DNA of 62,116 bases, filler included, from Chiloscyllium plagiosum (lineage: Eukaryota), in assembly GCF_004010195.1 (NCBI RefSeq). It is 4 parts of one record of this genome, joined end to end, with 100 filler letters (N's around TTAATTAATTAA, not from the genome) between each part and the next. Parts side by side here need not be neighbours in the genome. Positions count along the whole stretch, not along the records: positions 1 to 17,123 come from NC_057714.1; positions 17,224 to 39,094 come from NC_057714.1; 2 more parts are not named here. One strand, given 5' to 3'. Position 1 is the stretch's first letter; the number at the start of each line of letters is the position of its first letter. A program made the translations under genes and the position numbers. This document shows, in pieces, positions 13,346-25,575 of the stretch. The notes under the pieces were generated by a model, which saw only the letters and a program-made list of their open reading frames with translations, did not search any database and was not told the origin of the DNA.

Positions 13346-14163
13346 TGCACTTGATTTACACCTCAGTAAGCATACAGAGCTCAGAGTTAAACTCTGCCTT
13401 TCCTTGTCCCAATACTTGCACTAAAACTGGAAGAAAATGGGATTGATGAGGCTGGGATCCTGCTTTACATTTTTAATATTTTCACATCCCAGCCAAATCA
13501 AACTCATTCCTTTTGGGGTTAATTGTTTTTCTTCTTCAACCATATTCTTAGACATTTATGTGCCTTCTGTTTAACTTTCTCTCTGTTTGACTCTCTCAAA
13601 ATCTCTTTCATTTGTGCTTCTATTTTGTTTAATTCAACTCCTCATTTCCGAATTTCCCTTCCTCTTCCTTTGAGTCTGTTACCTTTCACTTCTCCATCTT
13701 TCTCCTTGTTTCTTTGTTAATTGGCAAAAGTAGCCATGAGGAGGAATTAATAGAATACATTTGAGGTAGTTTCTTCGAACAATACGTTGTGGATTCTACC
13801 AGAGTTAAGGCTATTTTTAATCTTGCAATGTGTAATGTTTAGTAAATGATCTCAGAGTGAAAGATTCTCTAGGGAACAGTGACCATAACACAGTAGAATG
13901 TAGTGTTCAATTTGAGAGCAAGAAACTTAGATTGAAATCACTGCGCTAAACTTAAGATAAGGGTAATTATGCAGGGATGAGAGTAGAATTGGTTGGAGTG
14001 GACTGGAGTTTAAAAGCCAGATAATGGAAGTTAAAAATGAATAAGTTTGAAATAAGAAAAGAAGTTAGATCAAAGGTTTCATTGTCAAGCTTACTTAGTT
14101 ACCTCCATGTTGAACATAAACCGTACAGATTACATTTCATGCAACACAAATAGATGTTCTTAC

Positions 14164-14254
14164 CATTGACATCGGTAAAACCAATTGAGAGCTTGAACTC
14201 TGAATCCTGATTGGACATTGCAGTTGAGGGTGGGACAGTATCCACACCTAAACT
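14164..14254 (-). CDS. APBB1IP: APBB1IP coding exon (91 nt): SLGVDTVPPSTAMSNQDSEFKLSIGFTDVN
   Basis: Acceptor ttttcttacag, donor G|gtaaga. Resembles RIAM SLGVDTLPPP...EFNYSVGFKDLN. Its phase-1 end fits the next exon. Confidence 0.88.
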
Positions 14255-15935
14255 CTGTAAGAAAATTTCAAAAGTAAAACGTTCAACACTTTTCAATCCC
14301 AGGGTATAAGCAAACAATAAACAGTGTGGGAAACATTACAGATGTTGGAATAGTGAGAAAATGGTTAAAATTTGAGCTGCTTCACAAATATCTTTTTTTC
14401 TACATTAGAACAGCTTTTGGTGTGCAGCAAGTATTATCTGATTTTAGAAAATTTGCCATTTCTGTTTCCTAAAAGAGCGAACAAGAGAAATATAAATGGA
14501 TTCATTTTGCCATTGGTGAACTTGTGATGTGGGATTTTGTCAATCATACTCACTAGTTCAGGGCTAGTTTGCAATTACAGATTATATCTGACTTATTGGC
14601 ATTTTTCTCAGGGTGGATTCTGGTTTCATTTGGTGCATGGGTGTGCAGTGGGCATTGCAACTGATGGCAGTAGTCAGAGACTTGATATGACTTGGTTGAT
14701 AACATGTTACTAGGAAGCTGCCAGTACAGAGTGGGCACTACCAGACAGCAAACCATTAGCAGAAGGGTGGCCTTTACATCAAACTCTGGATCTGGAGTGG
14801 GGGAAGGTGAGTATGGGGAGTGGTGGTGTGGAGACAATTGAGTGTGGGTGGAGGTATCTATAAAAGAGACTGGAAGTGGACTAGAGCAATTTTATGAGGC
14901 CAGAGGAACCATTTCTCTTTATCAAGTGGGGCAAGTCAAGGTGAGGAAGCCCCATTGCAGATGAAATCAGCCCTTTAGCTGAACAGCCATCTGCAATGTT
15001 AATTGAACTCTGGAACAGACGAACTTGAAGGATATTAAACCCTGGATTGCAGCTGATTCACTGAAATCATGAAAGTTTGATCAACGGTATTAGAGTTAAA
15101 ATAGTTGCTGCTACTCATGTTATCACCCTCAGTATTGAAATCAGAAGAAAAATATAAACTACATTTCAATTTGTAGATTATCTTGTTTGAACTGTAAACC
15201 ATATTTAGATTCATTTCTTGGTTACTTCTGGGTTTCCTGTACTTGGAATAATGCATTTAAACATCCAACTCCTGAGGTTCTTGAAATGTTGTAAAAGAGA
15301 ATGAAGTTAACAGCTGGGGCATCACGTTTGGTCTCTTCAACAGTTTACTGTTCATCTGTTTAAAATTCCATTGAGCCCAGTCAAATTTCACTCAGGGCCA
15401 CTTTAAACAGATGGTGCAATGAAGTAGTGAAAAACCCTGATGCACTCAACTGGGAAAGTGCAAAGGCAGCAGAGTGCAATGAACTGTTTAAAAGTCTGCT
15501 GGTAGTTAGTTGGTGGATGTGTGCTTAATCACTGAGGGAATCTGAAACTCTCAGTGTCCCTGCCTCCAGCCCTTTCCTTTAACAGTGTCACTGGACTCAA
15601 TTACCACAATGATTGCAGCATATCCCCCATTGAACAGATTCTCTTTCACTGCCCAATCAGTCAATTGCTGGCTGACAGAGTGAGCTCATTCGTGGCTGGA
15701 TCTTTACACTTCCTGAGTAGAAATCTGCTGCATTTTTCTCTTGATGTACAGTACTTCCAGAAGCTTTAATAGTTTTTTAAAGAAACAAATAGTTACTTAA
15801 TATAAATCTCCTTTTTGTTTATTAGGGAGCGAACCCACCATAATTTTGAAGAAGGAAGGAATGGGAACATCTAGATGTCTACCCAGGAATACACAACCTC
15901 AACTTAGATAGAATAGCATTTCCATTATTCCACTG

Positions 15936-15970
15936 ATTACTTTGCGGCCTTTTGGCTCAGACCAAATGGA
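15936..15970 (+). pseudogene. U2 snRNA 5' fragment (about 35 nt)
   Basis: attactttgcggccttttggctcagaccaaatgga vs U2 atcgcttctcggccttttggctaagatcaagtgta: 27/35 identical, ungapped, including a CpG-decay change. Confidence 0.7.
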
Positions 15971-16290
15971 AGCTCCAAGTAATTGTAATTGTTGGTTGAG
16001 CTGAGCTGTTATCAGTGGATCTTTACACTGGCTTCGGCCTAACACCAATTCAGAGTACAACCAATCAGAGCTATGATCACTGCAAGTGCCTGCCCCCCTG
16101 GCCAGGGTGTTCGGAACACAGTCAGGGTGACTGTGAAGAAAGTGGAGGAAGGAATGCCGGTTGATTGGAGCTTATTCGTGAAGAGAATCCCCCTAGGTCA
16201 AGCAGTGGACACCTTCTGTCTGCAAAGGAAGATTGGAGAAAGATGCAGTGGTTTTTGTTGAGGTTTGCTCCAAGCAGCTCCATGACACAG
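15971..16290 (+). mobile_element. 5' UTR and decayed ORF1 start of a Tx1-clade (Keno-like) LINE
   Basis: ORF 16073-16261 MITASACPPGQGVRNTVRVTVKKVEEGMPVDWSLFVKRI...DTFCLQ resembles, from memory, ZCCHC3-like Tx1 ORF1 N-termini. It lies directly behind the U2 fragment. Confidence 0.65.
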
Positions 16291-16317
16291 GATTCTGTGC
16301 CCTATGGTCTGTTACCC

Positions 16318-17123
16318 GGGGAGATAGTGAGGAAAGATCGATCTGAGACGGGTACAGCTGAGAACAGAAGTGAGTCAAATAGTCAGGGCAGGCAGGGACA
16401 AGGTAGGACTAATAAATTTACCTGCATTTATTTCAATGCAAGGGGCCTAACAGGGAAGGCAGATGAACTCAGGGCATAGTTAGGACTGGTACAGTTGAGA
16501 ACAGAAGTGAGTCAAACAGTCAGGGCAGGCAGGGACAAGGTAGGACTAATAAATTAAACTGCATTTATTTCAATGCAAGGGGCCTAAAGGGAAGGGAGAT
16601 GAACTCAGGGCATGGTTAGGAACATGGGACTGGGATATCACAGCAATTACAGGAACATGGCTCAGGGATGGGCAGGACTGACTGCGTAATGTTCCAGGAA
16701 ACAAATGCTACAGGAAGGACAGAAAGGGAGGCAAGAGAGGAGGGGGAGTGGCATTTTTGATAAGGGTTTAGATGGAGAGGAATTTCTGCCATAGTGTTAA
16801 GGGTTTAGATGGAGAGGAATTTCTCAAATGTGTACAAGACAACTTTCTGATTCAGTATGTGGATGTACCTACTAGAGAAGGTGCAAACCTTTACCTACTC
16901 TTGGGAAATAAGGCAGGGCAGGTGACTGAGGTGTCAGTGGGGGAGCACTTTGGGGCCAGCGACCATAATTCTATTAGATTTAAAATCGTGATGGAAAAGG
17001 ATAGACCAGATCTAAAAGATGAAGTTCTAAATTGGAGAAAGGCCAATTTTGACGGTATTAGGCAAGAACCTTCAAAAGCTGATTGGGGGCAGATGTTCAC
17101 AGGTAAAGGGACGGCTGGAAAAT
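16318..17123 (+). mobile_element. CR1 LINE, start of ORF2 (APE endonuclease), with an internal 137-bp tandem duplication; runs into a gap
   Basis: CIYFNARGLTGKADELRA, QYVDVPTREGA.LDL-like and SDHNSIRF motifs. Duplicated blocks start at 16351 and 16488. Confidence 0.9.
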
Positions 17124-17223
17124 NNNNNNNNNNNNNNNNNNNNNNNNNNNNNNNNNNNNNNNNNNNNTTAATTAATTAANNNNNNNNNNNNNNNNNNNNN
17201 NNNNNNNNNNNNNNNNNNNNNNN

Positions 17224-18575
17224 GTGGTTGGGGGGCTGGACCTGACCAGGTAGTTACGGAGGGAACGGTCTTTGTGGAAAGTGGATAGAGGGGGAGAGGG
17301 AAATATATTGTTGGTGGTGTCCGTTTGGAGGTGGCGAAAATGTCGGCGGATGATGCGGTTTATGCTGAGGTTGGTGAGGTGAAAGGTGAGGACCAGGGGG
17401 TGAGGACCAGTCTTTGTTGTGGTTGGAGGGGTGGGGTTTGACGGCGAAGGTGCAGGACGTGGATGAGATGCGTTGGAGGGCATCTTCAACCACGTGGGAA
17501 GGGAAATTGTGCTCTCTAAAGAAGGAGGCCATCTGGTGTGTTCTGTGGTGGAACTGGTCCTCCTGGGAGCAGATACGGCAGAGGCGGAGGAATTGGAAAT
17601 ACGGGATGGCATTTTTGGAGGAGGTAGGGTGGGAGGAGATGTAATCCAGATAGCTGTGGGAGTTGGTAGGTTAGTAAAAAATGTCAGTGTTGAGTCGGTC
17701 ATCGTTGATGGAGATGGAGAGGTCCACGAAGGATAGGGAGGTGTCAGAGATGGTCCAGGTGAATCTCTGGTCGGGGTGGAATGTGCTGGTGAAGTTGATG
17801 TACTGTTCACCCTCCTCGTGGGAGCAAGAGGTGGTGCCGATGCAGTCATCAATGTAGTGGAGGAAAAGTGGAGCCAGTGTAACTAGGGAAGATGGATTGT
17901 TCCACATAGCCGACGAAGAGACGGGCATAGCTGGGGCCCTTGTGGGTGCCCATGGCTACCCCTTTCGTCTGGAAAAAGTGGGAGGATTCGAAGGAGAAAT
18001 TTTGAGGGTGAGGACCAGGTCAGCCAAACAAATGAGAGTGTCAGTGGAAGGGTACTGGTGGGGATGTCGGGAGAGAAAAAAACGGAGGGCTTGGAGGCCC
18101 TGGTGATGGCTGATGGAGGTGTACCAGGATTGGATGCCCAGTGTGAAGATGAGGCATTGAGGACCAGGGAAACGGAAGTCTTGGAGGAGATGGAGGGCAT
18201 AGGTGATATCCCGAACATATGTGGGGAGTTCCTGGACCCGGGGAATAGGACAGTATTGAGGTAGGTGGAGATGAGTTCGGTGGGACAGGAGCAGACTGAG
18301 ACAATGGGTTGGCTGGGGCAGTCAGACTTGTGGATCTTGGGAAGGAGGTAGAACCGGGGGCAGTGCGGGGTTCCAGGACTATGAGGTTGGAAGCTGTGGA
18401 TGGGAGATCTCCTGAGGTGATAAGGTTGCGTACAATCTGGGAGATGATGGTTTGGTGATGGGGGGGGTGAGGTCATGGTCGAGGGGGCGGAAGGAGGAGG
18501 TGTCTTCAATTTGTGCCTGGCTTCAGCGGTGTAGAGGTCAGTGCGCTAAACTACCACAGCAGCTCCCCCCACCTT
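17224..18575 (-). mobile_element. Penelope-like element, frameshifted reverse-transcriptase region
   Basis: FYLLPKIHKSDCPSQPIVSVCSCPTELISTYL, LFLHYIDDCIG and FTWTISDTSLSFVDLSISI motifs in different frames. Confidence 0.9.
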
Positions 18576-19140
18576 GTCTGCTGGTTTGATGGTGAGGTTT
18601 CATCTATCTGTTGCTCCCGATGTGGTCTCCTTTACATTGGGGAGACTGGGTGCCTTCTCGCAGAGTGCTTCAGAGAACATCTCTGGGACACCTGCACCAA
18701 TCAACCCCACCGACCCGTGGCCGAATATTTTAACTCCCTCTCCCACTCTGCCAAGGACATACAAGTCCTGGGTTCCTCCACTGCCACTCACTCACCACTC
18801 CACGCCTGGAGGAAGAACGCCTCATCTTCTCCCTCAGGACCCTTGAACGACATGGCATCTATGTGGAAGTGCACTAGTTTCCTCATTTCCCCTCCCCCCA
18901 CCTTACCCCAGTTCCAACCTTTCAGCTCAACAGCATCCTCCTGACCTGTTCTACCTGTAAATCTTACTTCCCACCTATCCACTCCACCCTCCTCTCCGAC
19001 CTATCACCTTTACCCCCACCTCCATTCACCAATTACACTCTCAGCTACCTTCTCCCCAGCCCCACTCCCTCCCATTTATCTCTCCACCCCCGAGGCTAAC
19101 CTTGACTTTAATCTCCAGCACCTGCAGTACCCACCTCCAC
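18576..19140 (+). mobile_element. Inverted 3' part of the Penelope-like element (GIY-YIG endonuclease and terminal repeat)
   Basis: ICCSRCGLLYIGETG..L.E.FREH...PVAEYFNS..H is a GIY-YIG motif. It is opposite in orientation to the RT part, as is typical for PLE insertions. Confidence 0.85.
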
Positions 19141-19399
19141 CTAGTTGATTTTAACACTTCCCAAGGACCTATTACAATTAACTGTATAGGTCCTGCCCTT
19201 TTTCACTCCCAGCACAAGGTCTAAGTATGAGACTGGCAGAGCACACTGCCACATAGCAAAATGTCTGCTCCCTTGACTAAAGACTGCTGACCAGCAAGCT
19301 GCTGGGTTGTAAAACTGCATTAATTGGCATGGCAAGGCGCAACAAGGCATGCATGCCATGGGCATGGTGGTATGTGCTGAGTGAATGTACGCTAAGAAG

Positions 19400-19986
19400 A
19401 GCAAGCGAGCAGCCCTGAGGTACAGTCTGGTTCAGTCCATGAGCTGGGGCCAATTCTGTGCATAAAGTATTCCTGCAGCCTTTCGATGATAGCTGCTGGT
19501 GTGCCCTTCAATGTGAGCCTAGGCTTCCCGCATGCACGGCCAATACATCACTGAGATGCCCGGATGTTTTGTCAGATGATGGATGCCAATGTCTGTGGAG
19601 GATGCATGAGTGCAGCTAATGCCCTAGGCTGCAATGTGGTTAGAGGCAGCTGATGATGTATATATGTGTATATATATGATTTGGAGATGCAGCAAGCGAG
19701 CAGCCCTGAGGTACAGTCTGGTTCAGTCCATGAGCTGGGGCCAATTCTGTGCATAAAGTATTCCTGCAGCCTTTCGATGATAGCTGCTGGTGTGCCCTTC
19801 AATGTGAGCCTAGGCTTCCCGCATGCACTGCCAATACATCACTGAGATGCCCGGATGTTTTGTCAAATGATGGATGCCAATGTCTGTGGAGGATGCATGA
19901 GTGCAGCTAATGCCCTAGGCTGCAATGTGTTAGAGGCAGCTGATGATGTATATATGTGTATATATATATATATGATTTGGAGATGC
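19400..19986. repeat. Tandem duplication of about 291 bp
   Basis: Units 19400-19690 and 19691-19986 are nearly identical and differ mainly in (TA)n length. Confidence 0.95.
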
Positions 19987-20148
19987 CGGTGTTGGGCTGG
20001 GGTGTACAAAGTTAAAAATCACACAACACCAGGTTATAGTCCAACAGGTTTAATTGGAAGCACACTAGCTTTCGGAGCGACAATCACCTGATGAAGGAGC
20101 ATCGGTCCGAATGCTAGTGTGTTTCCACTTTGATTTTTAACTTTGTAT
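19972..20148. mobile_element. Palindromic Penelope-derived short element
   Basis: tacaaagttaaaaatca ... tgatttttaactttgta inverted ends, with a CTGATGA core at 20088. Confidence 0.6.
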
Positions 20149-20680
20149 ATGTATATTTCTCAATGTCAGAGAAACAAAGAAGGTTGTAAGTCTCGAGAAG
20201 GTTGCAGAGCTGCAAAGGAAGAGCCGTGAAAATGTTTAAACTGAAGGATGAAAATCTAAACATTAAAGCTATTGGGGTAAAAGAGGCCAATGTAGATCAG
20301 CAAGAGCAGAGTTGGTCTAACTGTAGACCTGGTGTGGGATTGGTGATGACCTGCAGAGGTTTGCATGAGTTGGTTGACAGCAAGTGGAGAATGAGAGACC
20401 AGCCAGCAGTGCATTGGAAACCAGTGCTATCATATGGATTAGCAGAGCAAAGAAGAAAGAGAGTACCTTGTCAGGAAAGTCCACCTCACCTTCACATTAC
20501 GATGGAGAATAGGCAATAAATTCAGTCTCACCTGCCCCATCCATATGCAGAGCACAAATGTAAAACAAAATTGAAGATTTTCCCAAAGTGGTCGGATAAG
20601 ATCAGTCGTTTTGGCAGTTACAAATGACAGCTGACACATGGTGGACTCTCCTTCCTCTTCTATCTTGAACCAACACCTAT

Positions 20681-21195
20681 CAAAGAACAAAGAACAAAGA
20701 AAATTTACAGCCCAGGAACAGGCTCTTCGGCCATCTAAGCCTGAGCCGATCCAAGCGTACTGTCTAAAACTGTCGGTCAATTCCTAAGCATCTGTATCCC
20801 TCTGCTCCCCACCTACTCATGCATCTGTCCAGATGTATCTTAAATGAATCTACCGTGCCTGCCTCTACCACCTCTGCTGGCAACGGTTTCCAAAAGCCCA
20901 CCAACCTCTGTGTGAAGTACTTACCACGTATATCCCCCTTAAACATTCCACCTCTCACCTTGAAAGCATGACCTCTCATTATTGAATCCTTCACTCTGGG
21001 AAAAAGCTTGTTTCTATCCACCCTGTCTAAACCCTTCATGATTTTGTAAGCCTCAATCAGGTCCCCCCTCAATCTCCTTTTTCTAGTGAAAATAAACCTA
21101 ACCTACTCAACCTCTCTTCATAGCTAGCACCTTCCATACCAGGCAACATCTTCGTAAACCTTCTCTGCACCCTCTCCAAAGCGTCCACATCCTTT
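20681..21195 (-). mobile_element. CR1 LINE 3' end
   Basis: RGDLIEAYKIMKGLDRVD...FTQRLVGFWKPLP...FKIHLD, followed by a (ttctttg)n tail. Confidence 0.9.
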
Positions 21196-22899
21196 TGGGA
21201 ATGCGTGCAGTTCTGTGGGACCTTCCCAGGACGGAGTCACAGGATACTGAGCTGATAGTGCCTCGATTTGAAATGCATTCCGATGGGAGGGAAAGAAAGG
21301 GAAGGAACTGGCTCAGTGCTTGGCACAGATTTAGACTGGCAAACCTCCAGCATTCCCAAAATATTCAAGGAATAGCCTGGGAATGAAAGAGTTCCAGTCT
21401 ACCGAGGGATTGAAATTGTACTGCAGCAAACTGGACTTTAGGTAAACTTCCCCGAGTCGTTTCCTCCATGGAACACCACTGGTCACCTTTCTCCATTGCA
21501 AGATCATTGGAATGGTTGAATGCACTGTCCTCCTGAAGTGTCTCTTCTCCATTCTCCAGCTGGGTAGGAGTTCACTTGCTGAGTTCCATTCTTATTTGTC
21601 CTGTCATAGCCAGAGAGTTAACTACAATGCCTTCCCTTCCTGCTCCTACACCATTAGCTCCAGTGTCCCCAGGACCCCTGCTATTAATCATCCGCCTCCA
21701 TCACCTGGTTGACATCATCCAAAACCACAAATTGCATTTCCACATTTTTAAAAGTGATAGTTTCATAGCCACTATTGCTGACTACTTTTTCCCATCAGAT
21801 TTATTGATTGAATTTAAATTCTACCAACCAGCATGGTAGGATTTTAACCTGAAGCGTTAGGGTTGGATTATTAGTCGAGTAAGATTACCATCATATCACC
21901 ATCCCTTCCCCAACATATTCCATATATGTAATCTGAGTGCACTTAGCTCTGCCTCCTCCATCTCTCTTCACTCCTCCACTACTTCTGAGTTGTCATATTA
22001 CTTGTCAAGCATCCATTAATGAATGATCAGAACTTTTCTCCACTAACTATGGGGAAGACTGGAGCCATTGTTTCAATCCTGCCACAATCTTGGTTTTCCA
22101 GCTGTTGACTGCATCCTCCTCCCTAACTACTGTCAGAAATTAAACCACACTGTTTGACAATATACAGTCATGGAGTCATAGAGTCAAATAGCATGGAAAC
22201 ATATCTTCGGTCCAACTTGTCCAACTTTCAATCTGACCTAGTCCATTTGCCAGCATTTGGCCTATGTCCCTCTCAACCCTTCCTATTCATGTACTTATCC
22301 GGATGCCTTTTAAATGTAGTAATTTGTACCAGACTCTTCCACTTCCTCTGGCAGTTCATTCCATACACACAGCCGAAAGTGAGGACTGCAGATTAGAGTC
22401 GAGACTGTGGTGCTAGAAAAGCACAGCATGTCAGGCAGCACCCGAGGAGCGAGAAGGGTTTTCCTGATGAAGGGCTTTTGCCCGAAAAGTCATTTCTGCG
22501 GATCCTAAGGCAATATGAAAGCGTTTTTTTCTAAATGCAAGTTTTCCTCTCTTTCTCATCCTTTATGAATGGCAATTGATGGGGTTTAACTTTCTTTTCT
22601 CGACTGATTGACCAGTGAAAATTCAGCAGGCGAGTGCAACATTTCCTGGCTGTGAGTTACAGGCAGGACCTTGAGATGGCTGATAAATGGACATCTCCTG
22701 ACCCTGATCATTCCCTCTGGAAAATAAACTTCAGTGTTTGCTTTTGAATGGCCTTGTTCAATGACGTTGCTACTTTTACTGATATATGTATTTCCTTCCT
22801 GGTTCCTTTCTCCTCTCCGCCATTTAGATTATTTATTTTGGTACGTTCATGGGATACGGGCATCCCTGGCCAAGAAAGCATTCATTGCCCATCTCTTCC

Positions 22900-24040
22900 C
22901 CATGGGAGACTGGGGTTATCAAGGTTAGATCTCACGGAATATAGGGAGAGCTAGCCATTTGGATACAGAACTGGCTCAAAGGTAGAAGACAGAGGGTGGT
23001 GGTGGAAGCTTGTTTTTCAGACTGGAGGCCTGTGACCAGTGGAGTGCCACAAGGATCGGTGCTGGGCCCTCTACTTTTTGTCATTTACATAAAAGATTTG
23101 GATGCAAGCATAAGAGACACAGTTAGTAAGTTTGCAGATGACACCAAAGTTGGAGGCTTATTGGACAGCGAAGAAGGTTACCTCAGATTACAACAGAATC
23201 TTGACCAAATGGGCCAATGGGCTGAGAAGTGGCAGATGGAGTTTAATTCAGATAAATGCGAGGTGCTGCATTTTGGGAAAGCAAATATCAGCAGGACTTA
23301 CACACTTAATGGTAAGGTCCTAGGGAGTGTTGCTGAACAAAGAGACCTTGGAGTGCAGGTTCATAGCTCCATGAAAGTGGAGTCACAGGTAGATAGGATA
23401 GTGAAGAAGGCGTTTGGTATGCTTTCCTTTATTGGTCAGAGTATTGAGTACAGGAGTTGGGAGGTCATGTTGCGGCTGTACAGGACAATGGTTAGGCCAC
23501 TGTTGGAATATTGCATGCAATTCTGGTCTCCTTCCTATCGAAAAGATGTTGTGAAACTTGAAAGGGTTCAGAAAAGATTTACAAGGATGTTGTCAGGGTT
23601 GGAGGATTTGAGCTACAGGCAAAGGTTGAACAGGCTGGGGCTGTTTTCCCTGGAGCGTCGGAGGCTGAGGAGTGACCTTACAAAGGTTTACAAAATTATG
23701 AGTGGCATGGATAGGATAAATAGACTAAGTCTTTTCCTTGGGGTCAGGGAGCCCAAAACTAGAGGGCATAGGTTTAGGGTGAGAGGGGAAAGATATAAAA
23801 GAGACCTAAGGGGCAATGTTTTTACACAGAGGGTGATACATGTATGGAATGAAATGCCAGAGGAAGTGGTGGAGGCTGGTACAATTGCAACATTTAAAAG
23901 GCATCTGGATGGGTATATGAATAGGAGGGATATGGGCTGGGTGCTGGCAGGTGGGACTAGATTGGGCTGGGATATCTGGACGACATAGACGGGTTGAACC
24001 AAAGGGTCTATTTCCATGCTGTACATCTCTATGACTCTAA
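22900..24040 (+). mobile_element. 5'-truncated CR1 LINE: RT C-terminal half and 3' UTR
   Basis: ORF 22996-23988 contains SGVPQGSVLGPLLF and KFADDTK; ctatgactcta tail. Confidence 0.95.
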
Positions 24041-25267
24041 TTCCTTTTGCTTAGCCTCCATCTTGAACTGCTGTTTTGCAGAGACACCCACAGAGCTGCA
24101 AGGGCAGTGATTTCCAGAATGTGTACTCAGCAACAGTAAAGGAGCAGCAATGCAGTTCCAAGTTCGGCCAGTGTGCGACTTGGAGGGGAACTTGGAGGGG
24201 GTGGGTGTTCTCATGTATCTGCTGCCCCTATTCTTCTAGGATTTGCAAGTTTGGAAGGTGCTGTGAGAGGACCCATGGCTAGTTGCTGCAATGAATCTTG
24301 CAGATGGTACACATTGCTGCCACCGTGCATTGGTGGGAAAGGGTGTGAAGGTTTATCAAATTGGACATGGTGTCAACCAAGCAGGTTGCTCGACATTGAA
24401 TGGTCCCAAGCTTCTCACTCTGCCAGTCAAATGGAAAATATTTCCCACTTCTGACTTCCACTTTGTAGATAATGGACAGCCTTTAGGCAGACCAAGTGAT
24501 ACCTCTTCATTTCACTTACCAAAATCTAATATTTTTCATACGTCTACAGTAAAATTTATTTACCTTTTTTCTTGTAACTTGTTCCATTTTTCTTCAGTAT
24601 TAACTATCTATCTTGAATTGATATCACCTGCAAACTTAGAAGTTATGTCAAAGATTAAAGCATTTCTATAAATTGTAAACAACTGTCCAAGACAGAAAAT
24701 GGTGGAAGTATTCAGCAGGTCGGGTAATATCTGTGGGGAGAGAAGCCATGTTAATGTTTTCATTTGATATCTTTTCATCAAAAATTAATACCTTTTTTTT
24801 GTATTTGAGTCATAGATTTTTTTACAGCATGTAAAGGTGCCCTTTGGCCCATCAACTCCATGCTAGTCATCGAACAATCATCGACTGTAATCTCCATTTC
24901 CCAGCATTTCACCCGTAGCCTTGTATGCTAAGGCATTTCAAATGTTCATTGAAATAGTTCTTAAATGTCTTGAAGTGTCCCATCTCAAATATTCTTTCAG
25001 GTATAAGGTTCCATACACCAACAATCCTCTGGGTGAAAAAAATACTTCTATGTTTTTCTATTAGTGGTCCCCACCCTGATCCTTGTAAGAATCCACTTTC
25101 CCCATCTGTTACACTGAATAACCTAATCTTGCAACCTGCTTACAATTTATTCTGATACTTTACCTCTGAATCTTCATGCTCTGACTTCATTCGTGAGTCT
25201 AGAATAGATGTAAAACTAGAGGAATCTTTGGCTCTTGTGAAGTGGTGCTACCTTCTGGGCCATGGTG

Positions 25268-25575
25268 TCGTGGTGCCGGTGTTGGACTGGGGTGGACAAA
25301 GTTAAAAATCTAATTAGAGTCTAGATTAGAGTGGTGCTGGAAAAGCACAGTACGTTTGGCTGCATCTGAAGAGCAGGAAAAATTGACGTTTCGGACAAAA
25401 GCCCTTCATCAGGAATACGCAAATTATAGGAGAAAGTGAGGACTGCAGATGCTGGAGACCAGAGTTGAAAAGTGTGGTGCTGGAAAAGCGCAGCAGGCCA
25501 GGCAGCATCTGCAAATTATAGTCCAACAGGTTTATTTGGAAGCACTAGTTTTTGGAGCACTGCTCCTTCATCAGG
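25268..25575. mobile_element. Nested Penelope-derived short repeats
   Basis: A host repeat of the 19972 family is interrupted by two pieces of the 38906/29563 families. GCAAATTATAG is repeated at 25419 and 25511. Confidence 0.6.
25385..25412 (-). ncRNA. Minimal hammerhead-ribozyme-like core
   Basis: CTGATGA-A-GGGC-TTTT-GTCC-GAAAC-GTC on the minus strand. Stem I is weak. Confidence 0.45.

Larger units (their letters stand above)
3689..14254 (-). other. APBB1IP: APBB1IP (RIAM) gene, span of the four identified coding exons; gene is partial in this window
   Basis: Four exons with canonical AG/GT sites and compatible phases (0/1, 1/0, 0/0, 0/1) splice into SLGVDT...FTDVN-ESLNSLEDTDLDALMADL...PPEPLTE-EEKEARAKADKIKLALEKLKEAKVKK-LVVKVLMND...ELQI. 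This is colinear with the RIAM N-terminus as I recall it. Confidence 0.93.

Noticed and set aside
17168..17179. TTAATTAATTAA in the middle of N-runs (also 39139-39150 and 56179-56190)
   Set aside because: The same 12-mer is centred in three 100-bp gaps and has stop codons in all frames. It is a scaffolding linker, not biology.
22996..23988. 330-aa reverse-transcriptase ORF as a functional or domesticated gene
   Set aside because: It is an ordinary 5'-truncated CR1 copy with close relatives elsewhere in the window.
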